Under the pieces are notes generated by a model. That model was not told where the DNA came from. It saw nothing but the letters and a program-made list of their open reading frames with translations, and made no database searches. Positions 35,645-47,086 of a DNA stretch of 64,000 nt are shown here, in pieces. The position numbers and the translations under genes are program-made. The first letter of the stretch is position 1; each line of letters starts with the position of its first letter. Origin of the DNA: Selaginella moellendorffii (lineage: Eukaryota; Plantae; Lycopodiophyta); the NCBI RefSeq assembly GCF_000143415.4, contig NW_003314357.1, positions 189,293-253,292 on the forward strand, given 5' to 3'.

Positions 35645-36682
35645 CTTTTGCCGATGGATCGCTGGGCTTGGGAACAGCTCTCTTTCACCAGGTGTCACGT
35701 AAATATTAGCTTTTCTGAGGTATTAAAGTTTCTGGCGCAGCACTACGAAGACGATCCAAACAATTTTGGCCTCTGTGTGGCCGATCTGAGTTGGCTTTCC
35801 GAGTCGGTGAGTGCTGCTTCTGAGTTGAAATTACAGGTACTTACATGATCCTTGATCCAATGCTTAATCATGAACTTCAGTTAGCAGTACATGCAATTGG
35901 TGATGCAGCATACGATGATGTACTTGGAATTTACACTGACGCTATTTCTAAACATCCTCGTCAAGGACATCGATTGAGAGTAATGATGAACAAATCTACG
36001 TTTGTATCACTGAACTTGTGGGATTGCAGGTAGAGCATGCACAGCACCTTTCACCTGGAGCACACCTCAAATTTGGGAAGTTCTCCATATCTGTGTCGAT
36101 GCAAGTAAGCAGATGAGTGCATTTTGCCTCCATTGCAAAACCCTATATTTTTGCACAGCCAGAGAAACTTCTAGATGATGCTTACTACGCCATGAAGAAA
36201 CTTGGTGAGAAGCACTCACGCAGATCTTATAACCTCCGGTCCCTCGTCGGAAACGGTAGTGTGGTTGCTCTAGGATCCAACTGGCCTGTAAGCCTGTCAA
36301 ATACTTTTTCTTCGGCATTACGTGAATGGTTTGTCTCAAGGTGGTAGCAGTGAATCCAGTTGGAGGGATCCGCACAGCTGTGGAGAGAACACCTTCAGGC
36401 TGGAGTCATCCCTGGATTCCCGAGGAAAGGATTTCTGCATAGGACGCAGTGGTAGGGTAAGAGAAAACAGATGAGAAGCTGAAATGCAGTCCTTGTTTTT
36501 GGATTCACACGTACACATCCTCGGCTGTGTATGCAGCTGCATTGGAGGATTTGGTTGGGTCGCTGATGCCAGGAAAGTTTGCCGACTTTGTGGTGTTGCC
36601 CGAGTCTCCTTTTGGACAGGGCACGGGCATTTTTCCTCGAGTGGTTACGTTCGTTGGTGGAAATATTGCCTTCCTTTCTTAA
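35645..36682 (+). pseudogene. LAF3: 3' exons of an amidohydrolase-3 (LAF3-like) gene; 5'-truncated, premature stop
   Basis: Spliced peptides FADGSLG, LAVHAIGD, RVEHAQH, SVSMQP, ALGSNWP and GSLMPGKFADFVVL. In-frame TAG at 36440-36442. Confidence 0.8.
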
Positions 36683-36764
36683 GGCGTTATTCCATAATTA
36701 TTTGGTCTTTTAAATATAGCATATTTGCGAGAAGATTGGTGAGGAGAAAGCAGCCAGAATCATC

Positions 36765-36927
36765 ATCGTGCTACACAGCTTTACATCCAAGCCTCAAGGA
36801 CGTCACCAGGCAATACTTTGTGGATTCCAACAAATCCAACTGTAGCACTTATGGCAGAGAACCCGAGCTCGCTCCCAAGCTATGGACCTTCTCCCAGGAG
36901 CTTATAGACAAGCATTCTCCGTCCTAA
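36765..36927 (+). pseudogene. Last-exon fragment of a TIC32/retinol-dehydrogenase-like SDR
   Basis: CYTALHPSLKDVTRQYFVDSN...ELAPKLWTFSQELI matches the C-terminal pattern of this SDR family. No upstream exons are present. Confidence 0.7.
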
Positions 36928-36963
36928 AGGTAAAAGGTTGATGGTGCTAGAGACCGAGAGAGC

Positions 36964-37232
36964 AACAAGGCCTTCTATGCGTTTGAGCACATAGAGGTAG
37001 CTTTGCGTTTGAGATATAGAAAGTATGGATCGATTGTTTGATGATTATTTGATCCTCACAGGCTGGAGGAGTTTGCCTCAACGATTTGCCAAGCATGCGC
37101 ATTGGTAGGCAGCCATATGGTGGGATCAAAGACTCTGGAATCCAACAAGAGGGTGTCAAGTACGCAATGGACAACATGCTCGAAACCAAAGTTTTAGTCA
37201 TGCGCAATGTAGGCAACACGTCTTACTTTTGA
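36964..37232 (+). pseudogene. ALDH21: Aldehyde dehydrogenase family 21 fragment, 3' exons
   Basis: NKAFYAFEHIE|AGGVCLND...QPYGGIKDSGIQQEGVKYAMDNMLETKVLVMRNVG*. Confidence 0.75.
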
Positions 37233-37291
37233 TCAAGCTCGAGCTCGAGCTTTTGTACAGTCTATCCACAAATTATTGCCGAGTTGTCCTC

Positions 37292-37961
37292 GTACGCGTA
37301 AAGACGCCAGCTTGGAGACCGTAATGCGTGTTGTTAGCTTCCTTCACGGCTTCCTTGAAATCACCACCGTTTTAGTTTAGAGAAAAAAAAAAAAGGAAGT
37401 AAAGAAGAACTTCGGGAGCTAAGAAACTTTAAGAGCTTACTTGTATGAGTAGAGAAGGATCACGAGACCAAAAATCTCTCCCTTCCTTGCATCCGTGTCA
37501 AAGGGAGTGTCTTCCAGGATCATTGGCTCCATGAAAGCTCCCCTATGCTTACCACCAACTAGAAGTTTGGCGGCAGCCTTCACTGCCTTGTTCACGCCCT
37601 TCTCCACTGTAGCTGCTGACGACTCAGATATCATGGGCCCAATGGACGTGTCGTCTTGGGAAGGATCTCCACCTTTGAGTTTCTTAACAGCAGTGATCAA
37701 TGCGTCCTTCACCTACACAACCAGCACCAGATATGTTAGATCAAGGCTCAATTTGAGAACAAAGAATGTGATAGAATTTAAAGACAAGTGTCGGATACCT
37801 CCTTGTAAAGGCCACCTCTCACATAAAGACGCTGCATGTGAATGCACGACTGGCCGCTTTGATAGAATCCCCTGTGGACCAACCTAGCGATTGTACCTTC
37901 CAAGTCTGGGACAAGATCTTCCACTATGCATGGAGCATTGCCTCCCAGCTCCATAACCACC
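37292..37961 (-). pseudogene. ALDH21: Aldehyde dehydrogenase family 21 fragment, middle exons (opposite orientation to its own 3' exons)
   Basis: MELGGNAPCIV, GFYQSGQSCIHMQRLYV (catalytic Cys), EIFG, DFKEAVKEANNTHYGLQAGVFTR. Confidence 0.8.
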
Positions 37962-38886
37962 TGTAAGAGGAATCAAAGAAGTTGAAGAAAGCGAAGCTCC
38001 ATCTGAAGGAAGATATAATAAAATAACATTAAATTTTAGTATCTTTAAAACTAAGAATAGTTTGCTAAATCAATTTTAGTCTTCCAAAACATCCATCGAA
38101 AATATGTTTCTTTTATAATAATTTTCTTAAAAAGAGATTTATATTTTATATTTTATGTAGATAATGTCATTCTATAGTATTTAATAAAGCCAAAAATTTC
38201 ATAGAGTTCGAATGAAGCAGTGGTTCTTGCAATATAAAATATATTTTAATTATTCATGTATATAGTAGTACGTTAAATCTAATTTTATAAGTTTAAGTTT
38301 TATGTAATTTAAAATCTAGGTTTGAACAATCTAATCTATAATACAAGAGAATGATGAAGTAGAGTGGATAAAATGAAAAAAAATAACACTTTACTCAAAA
38401 ATGATATGTTTTATACAACAAAGTATATTTTTTAGAAATGTAAATACAAAATAAATTTACTTATATATATATAAAATGTTATTATATTACTGTAAATATA
38501 TTATCATATATAAAATATGTTAATATTATTATCTACATAGTAATGTGATAGATCTATGTTTTTAATTAATAATTTATTATATAATTTAAATCTTTTTATA
38601 ACTGGTATTTATTTTTAAAAATAATTTAGACTCATATGGTCTCACTTCTTGAAGTTGTCCATGCTTAAAATAATTTTATGGAGAAATTTTATAAGTAATT
38701 TTATGTTTTCCATACAATTATTTATAAACTTTAAAAGAACTACTTAACAAAGTACCTATTGCTGGAGAAGTAGAAGGTACAAAGCTGATCAATCTAGCCA
38801 ATGCTTACTTGATGGGAACTTTAAACTGTGGGTTCCTTATTACGAGGAGCTTGCTGAGCTTATCGTTGTCCATCATTGTGGATTTT

Positions 38887-38890
<4 letters not shown>

Positions 38891-38935
<45 letters not shown>
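38891..38935. repeat. (TA)n microsatellite
   Basis: Direct reading. Confidence 0.95.
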
Positions 38936-38939
<4 letters not shown>

Positions 38940-39928
38940 AAATTAAGGTATGATATATTGTACTCTTAGTATAATGTGTTGGTTGATATGACCATAAATA
39001 ATTCACAAACCCTAATCTTTCTATGAAAATCCTTAATCCTAACAAGGATTTATGGATTTGTATTGCAAATTGTTTTTCTTTTATGTGTATTTATGTAAAA
39101 ATATCCCTTTTGCAATTACTCTCTTGAAGAGTTATTTATAATAATAAGGTTTTCTTCAAAACTTTTGGCATTTCAAAGATGATGACATAAAGGAAAAGGA
39201 AATAAGAAAATTAAATAGCCAGGTAAAATTAAAAGTAATTACATCTAACCAACATGAGTATACAATTGTGTATCAAAATAATTGCTAGGAATTTCATTAA
39301 ATTATTTAGTTTCAGTAATGTATTAGTCCAATTCACTACTAATTGTTATAACACTTCAAAAATTAACAAAGTATAGCTTCACTACTTCAATTTCTTAGTG
39401 TAGTTTAACTTCACTGTATTTTTAAATTGGAATGCATAGTTTTATCATAAAGCATTAGTACCGCTTTTTGTCTTAATACAAACATTATATCTCTAATATA
39501 ATTATTATTTTTGGATGTGTGAGGGCCAAGTGTACGGTTACGATGCCGTATACTAATATTAGTATAGTGGGATTTTGGTAGCCGTCGGATTGGTTTTAAT
39601 CTAGACCACTCGCTCCTATATGGTTTTTGGGCTAATTAATATGCATATTTCTATATTCCCCTTCCATATTCCAAGCACTATTCCAAGCACTCACATTGGT
39701 GGAGATAAGGGGCACCTTTGATTGTCCTTGAGAAGTGCTTGGATTTGGGATTTTGGTTTAGATCTAGCTTTTGCATTGTCTAGATTTAGCTTTTTCCATT
39801 TCCTTCTTTTTGTTCTTTCCTTTCAGGATTTTGGTTTAGATCTAGCTTTTTGCATTGTCTAGATCTACCATTTTCTTCTAGCTTTTTGTCATTTCTCTTC
39901 TTTTGCTCTTTCTTTTTCATTTGTCTCT

Positions 39929-40861
39929 ATGGCAGATCAACAATCTCCTCCTTTGACTCTCGACCAGTAGTTGGTCCAATTGCTTGATGCTATGTGCTTG
40001 CAATTGAACAACCAAACTCAATTGATGGCGGCATTCACGGCACGTGGTCCAACTCCTCCTGCTCTTGGTGCCAATCCTCGCGTTCGGCCAAAGTTCTTTC
40101 GTGGGAATCCTGGGGATGATGTGTACCATTGGTTTGATCACTTCACGGTGATTGCTACATATCATTCTTGGGATGATGCTCGACGGTTGCGTGAGTTTCC
40201 CACGTGTCTTCAAGGGACGGCGTTGCAGTGGTACAATGGTTTGAGCGCAGCCACTCGTGGGGATTGGAGTGTTCTCCCGGACGTCTTCAAAGGCGCCTTT
40301 GGACATGCCGATGATTGTGATGATGCTTTCCAACAATTGCATCATCTTCGCCAAGGGCCATCTGAGTCGGTGATGCAATTTGGCGTTCGTTTCCGAAGTC
40401 TTTTGCTTTATGCGGAGCCAAATATGTCGGAGCGGATCAAGCTAGGAATGTTGTGGCCAGCACTTCGTCAAGATCTTGTCGGACTTGTGCATGCACTTGC
40501 TCCTGCCACCCTTGACGATGCTCTTCGCTTGGCACAACGTTATAAGACGTCGCCTCTTCCACTTCTCGCTGCACGTCCTTCTGCTCCACTTCCTATGGGT
40601 GATGGTCTTGTTCCAATGGAGGTTGATGCTGCTGCTGCTCGAGGCCAAGGACAAGTGCAAGGATGTGGTCATGGCCGTGATGTTCGCTGTTGGGCGTGTG
40701 ATGAAGTTGATCATACTTATCGGCGTTGCCGTCGTTTTCCGGATTGGCGACCTCCATTTCCTAGGTGGAGACCTTGGCGTCAGCAACGTCCTGTGGGTGC
40801 TGCTGCAGTGGAAGGTCTGGACACCGAGATGCATCCGGGAAATGAGGAGTCGTGCGAGTAA
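39929..40861 (+). pseudogene. gag of element D
   Basis: Gag-like PKFFRG..WF..LQGTALQWY..LRQG..PMEVD and a decayed zinc knuckle CWACDEVDHTYRRC. Early in-frame TAG at ~39968. Confidence 0.85.
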
Positions 40862-43800
40862 CGGAGGGACCTTGTGCAAATAAGTTAGTGACCCCTCCAT
40901 CTTTCTTTCGGGAGTATCATCAAGGGGTTCACTCGGCACCGGTTCATCCAGTGTTTACTTTCCAAGCTCGTTTTTATAACAAGAGGTCTCCTATTATTCT
41001 CTCCGTATTGGTTGATACAGGTTCGAGTTTATCTTCTATTGCTCGACCTGTTGCCACACATTGTCGTTTACACTTGCGTCGTGCGGCGGAACCAATTTTC
41101 ATTCTTTATGGCAACAGCCGTACACATGCATGTGCATGGGATGAGGTGGACCTAGTTGTGCGTGTGGGTGATCTCGAGCTTGAGTTGCAGCCGTTGCGGG
41201 TGGTGCCGAGTCAAGCTTTTGACCTCATTCTTGGTATGGATTGGTTGCAGCGCAATCATGCCAAGTGTGACTTTGAGGCTTCTCCCCCTTGTCTCATACT
41301 TCCTTATGTTTCATCCATTCCTCTCACTTCCATACCTCTTCGTCCCTCTACTTCTACCTCTGCTTCTATTACTTTTGTTCCCCCACTCTTTCCTTTTGTG
41401 TTTCCATCTTGTTCTGTTTTTCCCTTTTCTGATCCCTCTGACGATCTTTGTGTTGCAGCAGTTGACCGGCTCATGAAGGAGTATTCTGATCTCTTTGAAT
41501 TTGACTTATCGTTTGGGGCCAAGATTGCCACACGTCATCCGATTCCAACCGGGGATGCTCGTCTAATCAAGGTTCCTATTCGTCGTCGGTCACCTAAGGA
41601 GATCAAGATTTTATGAGCAAACGTCAAGGAAATGCTAGAGAAGGGTGTTATTCGGAAGTCGCGGAGTCCTTGGGCATATGAACCTCATCTTGTGACGAAG
41701 CCTGATGGGAGTATTCGTTTCTGCATTGACTATCATCCATTAAACGAAGTGACGATCCCAGATGTGTATCCTCTTCCTCACACTGCTAATCTCTTGGATC
41801 GTCTGGGGCGAAGTCGTTGGTTCACCAAGCTAGATCTTGCTTCTGGGTATTGGCAAGTACTGATGGCCGAAGAAGATATTCCTAAGACTGCTTTTCGTAC
41901 ACCATTTGGTTTGTACGAGTTCTTGGTGATGCCGTTTGATTTGAACAATGCTCCAGCAACTTTCCAGTGGATGATGGACGAGGTTCTTTGTGATATGCCA
42001 GAGGTGACTGCTGACTTCATTGATGATGTCTTGATCCACTCGGAGGGGACGTGGGAGGATCACGTTCGTGATGTTTGTAAAGTGTTGAATCGGCTACGCG
42101 ATGTTGGTTTAAAGCTGAAGTGGTCAAAGTGCGTGTTTGGGTCCAAGGACACAACTTATCTTGGGTACCGTATTTCTCGTGAGGGTTTGCAAGTTGATCC
42201 TGACAAACTTATGGCTGTTCTAAAGTTCCCTACTCCGAAGTGTGTGAATGATGTGCAGCGCTTTTTGGGTAAGGTGCAGTATCTCAGTAGTTTTGTGGAT
42301 CATCTTTCCGATTGCACTACACCATTGCGAGCGTTGCTGAAGTCATCAACGTCATCTTTCATCTGGTCTCCGGATTGTGAGCGAGCGTTCATGGATCTCA
42401 AAGAACTATTGACGACTCCTCCGGTTTTGGCATATCCTGACTACACTCGACCTTTTATTTTGCGCGTGGATGCTTCTAACATTGGTCTTGGAGGTGTGTT
42501 GATGCAAGAGAGCTCGAGTGTGCCGGGTCAATGCCATCCTATTGCATACATAAGCCGTACATTACAACCAGCAGAGATGAACTACTCCACGATGGAGAAA
42601 GAGTGTTTAACAGCAATCTGGGGTTTCGAGAAACTTCATGCCTATCTACATGGTTCTCGGATGTTACTTGAAGGTGACCATGCTGCTGTTACTTCATTAT
42701 TGAAGCGGAAAAACCTGGTTGGTCGTACGGCTCGATGGGCTTTGAAGTTTCAGATATATGATTTCGATGTTGTTCATCGCCCAGGGAGTTCTATGGCTGA
42801 TGCTGATGCCCTTTCTCGAGCTCCTCTTCCTTCGCCACTCACTTCTCATATTTCTGACAAACCTGTTGTTCCAGCATCTGTGGATTTTCTAGATGAGGAT
42901 TCTGTGCCGTCGGCGGTTGTTGTCCTTGACGTTTAGTGTCCACAAGGTGCAGAGCAAGATCTACCTTCTCTTGATGAGGTTCGCGAGGCTCAAAAGATTG
43001 AGCCGTGGATTTAGAGGCTTCGAGATGGGTTTGAGAATCCTGCATCCCTTGCTGATGACTTGCCTTTCCGGCATTTACATTCTCAATATTGCCTTGACGA
43101 TGGCTTTCTTTATTTTGTGGGGACGGATCCTGATGATCATTTACGGCTGGTGGTGCCTTCGGTATTTATTCCGCGGTTTTTCCATGTATACCATGATTCT
43201 TCTATTCTAGGTGGGCATATGGGACACCGTCGTGTTACCGAGAAGCTGCGCAGGTTTTTCTATTGGCCGGAGATGCAACGTGATATTATCCAGTATGTGC
43301 GTAGCTGCGTTTGGTGCCAAGCTTGTAATACTCCCCCTCGTGCTGCAGAAGGATGGTTGGAGTCAATTGCGGATTCCCGTCCATTTGAGTTAATGGTGTT
43401 TGATCTTATGGGACCTTTTCCATGGTCGATTGCTGGCAATGAGTATATTATTATTGCTTCTGACTACTTGACTCGTTGGGTGGAAGTTGGTGCTCTTGCT
43501 AGCGCCTCTGCAATTGCTGTTGGATACTTCCTCCTCAATCGAGTGGTGTTCCAGCATTCTTGTCCAAAGCGGATTCTTTCGGATAATAGTCCCGCATTTA
43601 TGGCTGAGGCATTTCATGTTTTGACGTCTCGGTTGGGGATATGCCACACTTTCACGAGTGCTTATCATCCACAATTAGACGGTCTGGTGGAACGGTTTGT
43701 TCGGACATTCAAAGGGATGATTGCGAAGTATGTGAACTTTCAGCATTCGGATTGGGATGGTTATTTGCTATCTCTTCGGTATGCATATGTTACAGGGGTG

Positions 43801-44325
43801 CAGAGTTCTGTTGGTGCTTCACCATATAAACTCCTATATGATCATGATCCAATATTACCAATGGAGCTGGGTTTACCTTCGCGATTGCCACGTGCTACCG
43901 ATGCTAGATCATGGGATCAGTATTTGACGAGCATTCTTCCACTTGTCCGAGCAGAGTCTGCCGAACACTTAGGCCGCATACAAGTGGGACAACAACGGTG
44001 CTACAACTCCCATCATTGTCCACCTGTGGAGTACAAAGTGGATGATTTGGTGTTAGTCCGTTTTCCCCATCTTACGGTATGTGGTTTATCTAAGGGGCTT
44101 CTTGTGCAATGGAAAGGACCGTATCGAGTGTTGCGACAAATTAGACCACAAGTTTATGAGGTTCGGCATGACGTTCAGCAGGCCGATCCTCCAGAGATTG
44201 TGCATGTGCAGCGGCTAAAAAGCTTCGTACAAAGGGATCAGGAGGAGTTAATACCACCTACAGATCCACCAATGCCTCCTCCTGACATTCCTTCAGATCC
44301 CGGCCCATCTTCAAGAGAACCCTGA
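40837..44325 (+). pseudogene. pol of element D (PR-RT-RH-IN)
   Basis: LVDTGS, FIDDVLI, RVDASN, YHD..GGH..CVWC, SDNSPAF, YHPQLDGLVER, WKGPY. In-frame stops at 41614 and 42934. Confidence 0.9.
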
Positions 44326-47086
44326 TGGTCTTCCATTATCCCGAGAGGAGGGGATGATGTGAGGGCCAAGTGTATGGTTACAATGCCGTATACTAATATT
44401 AGCGTAGTGGGATTTTGGTAGCCGTTGGATTGGTTTCAATCTGGACCACTCGCTCCTGTATATAAGCTAGGTTTTTTGGGCCAATTAATATGCACATTTT
44501 TGTATTCCCTTTCCATATTCCAAGCACTATTCCAAGCACTCACAGATGTACATTTTCTCAAACACTTCTAATGTAGTGTGAATAGCTAGATAGATTTACT
44601 TATGTATATTTTTAAATGTAAAACTAAACACATAATTGAAATTCTATTATTCTTTAGTAAACTATGAAAGTTAGAGGCATCATTACAGTTCAGGTCTGCC
44701 AGGGAACTCAGATCTTCATGGTGGACAGATCTTGTGGAGAATTCAAGTTTGTCAAGCCCGACATTAAAGTTCCCGAGAGAGATATGTTAGAAGTTCTTTT
44801 CCTCGTTTCTTGGGGAAAATCTTGCTAACCTTGAAGCTATCCTCTCTCAGAACAAATCTATTATGTGAAATAAATTTAAACCTTATGTAACTTTTTATTT
44901 ATCTCCTTAATTACAACTTAGTTTCCTAAATATGATTTCTAAATCTTACTATTTCATTTGATTTGCTCTTGGCTTAAGAAGAATGATCAAATCAAACCCT
45001 CTAATCCCTGAAACCCCAAAGAAAAATGGACCTGCAAAAGATCACAACCATCATTGAGATGTGTCCGAGATGGAATGTGTACCTCACAATGTGCAACATG
45101 ACTTATATTTTTATGAACATTATAATGTGATTATATTCAGAATAGAGTTTTAATTATTGGTAATACATGAAAATCACTTTTATATGTTGTAGTTATCCAG
45201 TTATTTAGATTAGTAAAATATGTAAAGGTTAGATAGGTGCTAGAAAATATTTGGCACATAAATCCTCACACCAGATTACTGCAACATATCCCAGAATAAT
45301 TGCATTTAAATTCTCAATATCTGCAATCTAAAATTTTAGAGGGGAAAATGTCATAATTGCAATTTGTAAAGGAAAATTGCATTTGAGACTCACACAAATG
45401 AGCACAAAAGAGCTAACAAGGCAAGTTTCTTATGCTCAAGTCTGATAGTCATTTTGCTGGTGTTTATATTACAAAACAAACAAATAAAAACATCAATTTT
45501 CTCTATATAATTCATTAATGAAGCTAAGAACTATTATTTCCCTCAAAAAGGCTTGGAAGAACCAAATTGAAGCACCAGCTGCTGGTTGGTTTTATTTTTT
45601 TCTAGCAGCAAGGTTGTTTTTCTCTAGAGACAAATTGATCTTGAATCCCAGATTTTCCTACAGACACAATCAAGGCTATGTAAGGAATGCTGTGTAAGGG
45701 ATTAGAGCATTGACTGTGGCACTAGATTCAACCAAGAGTATGGTTCTTAGCCACAAACACTTCAATGATGGCATGGATTATTATCATAGCAAGGTCTATC
45801 ACTGACTTAAAGGTATACAGCCATTTCTCCAAATGATCTTTACCACCTGTTGGATTTAGTTGCATGAGAATCCTCTAAGAACATTAAGAGCCTAAGTGCT
45901 AACATAAGTATCAAATTTGGACAAGCTGAGAGTTCCTTGTAGGAGGCTACAGAAAGAAACTTCAAACCATTACCATATCAAGAGCAATGGCTTCACTTTC
46001 ACTCAATGTTTCCCAAACCCCTTTTATGAAATTTAATGGATAAGCACCTGTCTTTAGAAACATTGAAAGCTAAATCACATCCCCAATAAATCAAAACCTA
46101 CTTTAATTTCCTAATAATGGGTAAACCAAAATAATCATACTCTTTCCAAACAAATATACTCTTTACTTGTAAATTCAGTCATTGTTCTTCTCCTTGGTGG
46201 GGCACTTCTTTCTCTAAATACACACAAACTTTACACTATAATTAAAAATTGCTTTATGCTTGAATGAAAGTGGGCTTTTATTCCATGCATAAACTCAATA
46301 CAATTTCTGCAAATGAGAAATATAAAAGAGTTACTTCTAATTAATAATTATTAGTATATTCTGTTTTCTTATTTATTATAAAAGGTATTAGAGTTATTTT
46401 TATGCTCTTAATATGTTTTAAACTTATCAGCACTAAACATTATTCATAAAACTACTCTCTCCATTACTCATATAAAGTTTTACAACTATACTATAAACTA
46501 TTTAAAACCTTTCATTTAAACAATTATTTTAATATCTAAAGGAGTCACTAAAAATTGTGTTTAAAATAATTCAATATTCTTTTGGAATTTTGTCATATTT
46601 ATTTTAATCTATATTTTCCAATGGAGCTGGAATCTCAGCATCATCATACTCATAATATTAACACTAAATTATTAAAATTAAACATAATTTTCTAGTACAA
46701 ATGTTGCTTATAGTAGTCAAGACCCCTGACAAGATCAAGACTAGAAAATGCAAAAAGACAAAGAGAAAAGTTAGTGGAAACAAAGAAGAGGCCTTAGACT
46801 GGTGTTGATTTAGATTGTGGAGAAATGGAACAAGGCTAACTTATATATACTATAGGTTGATGAAGCTCCACCACTCTTGGATCGAGGACGGCCTAAATAT
46901 AGCTGAGGTCGAGGAGGTGCCACATCATCATCAGGAATGTGGCTCGAGACTCAGGAATCGGGAAGTGTCTCGAGAGTCAGGAATAGGGAAGTATCTCGAG
47001 AGTCAGGAATGTGGTCTACAGGTCAGGAATCCGGCGAGAGTCAAGAATGTGGCAAGAATTGGGGGATTCCTGACAGCACCCCCTCC

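Larger units (their letters stand above)
39518..44544 (+). mobile_element. Full-length non-chromovirus Ty3/gypsy (element D) with short LTRs, mutated
   Basis: LTRs 39518-39695 and 44358-44544 (TG...CA). 4-bp TSD GATG. PBS tggtggagat (tRNA-Ala-like) at 39697 and PPT gagaggaggggatga 44343-44357. No chromodomain after the GPY module. Confidence 0.95.
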
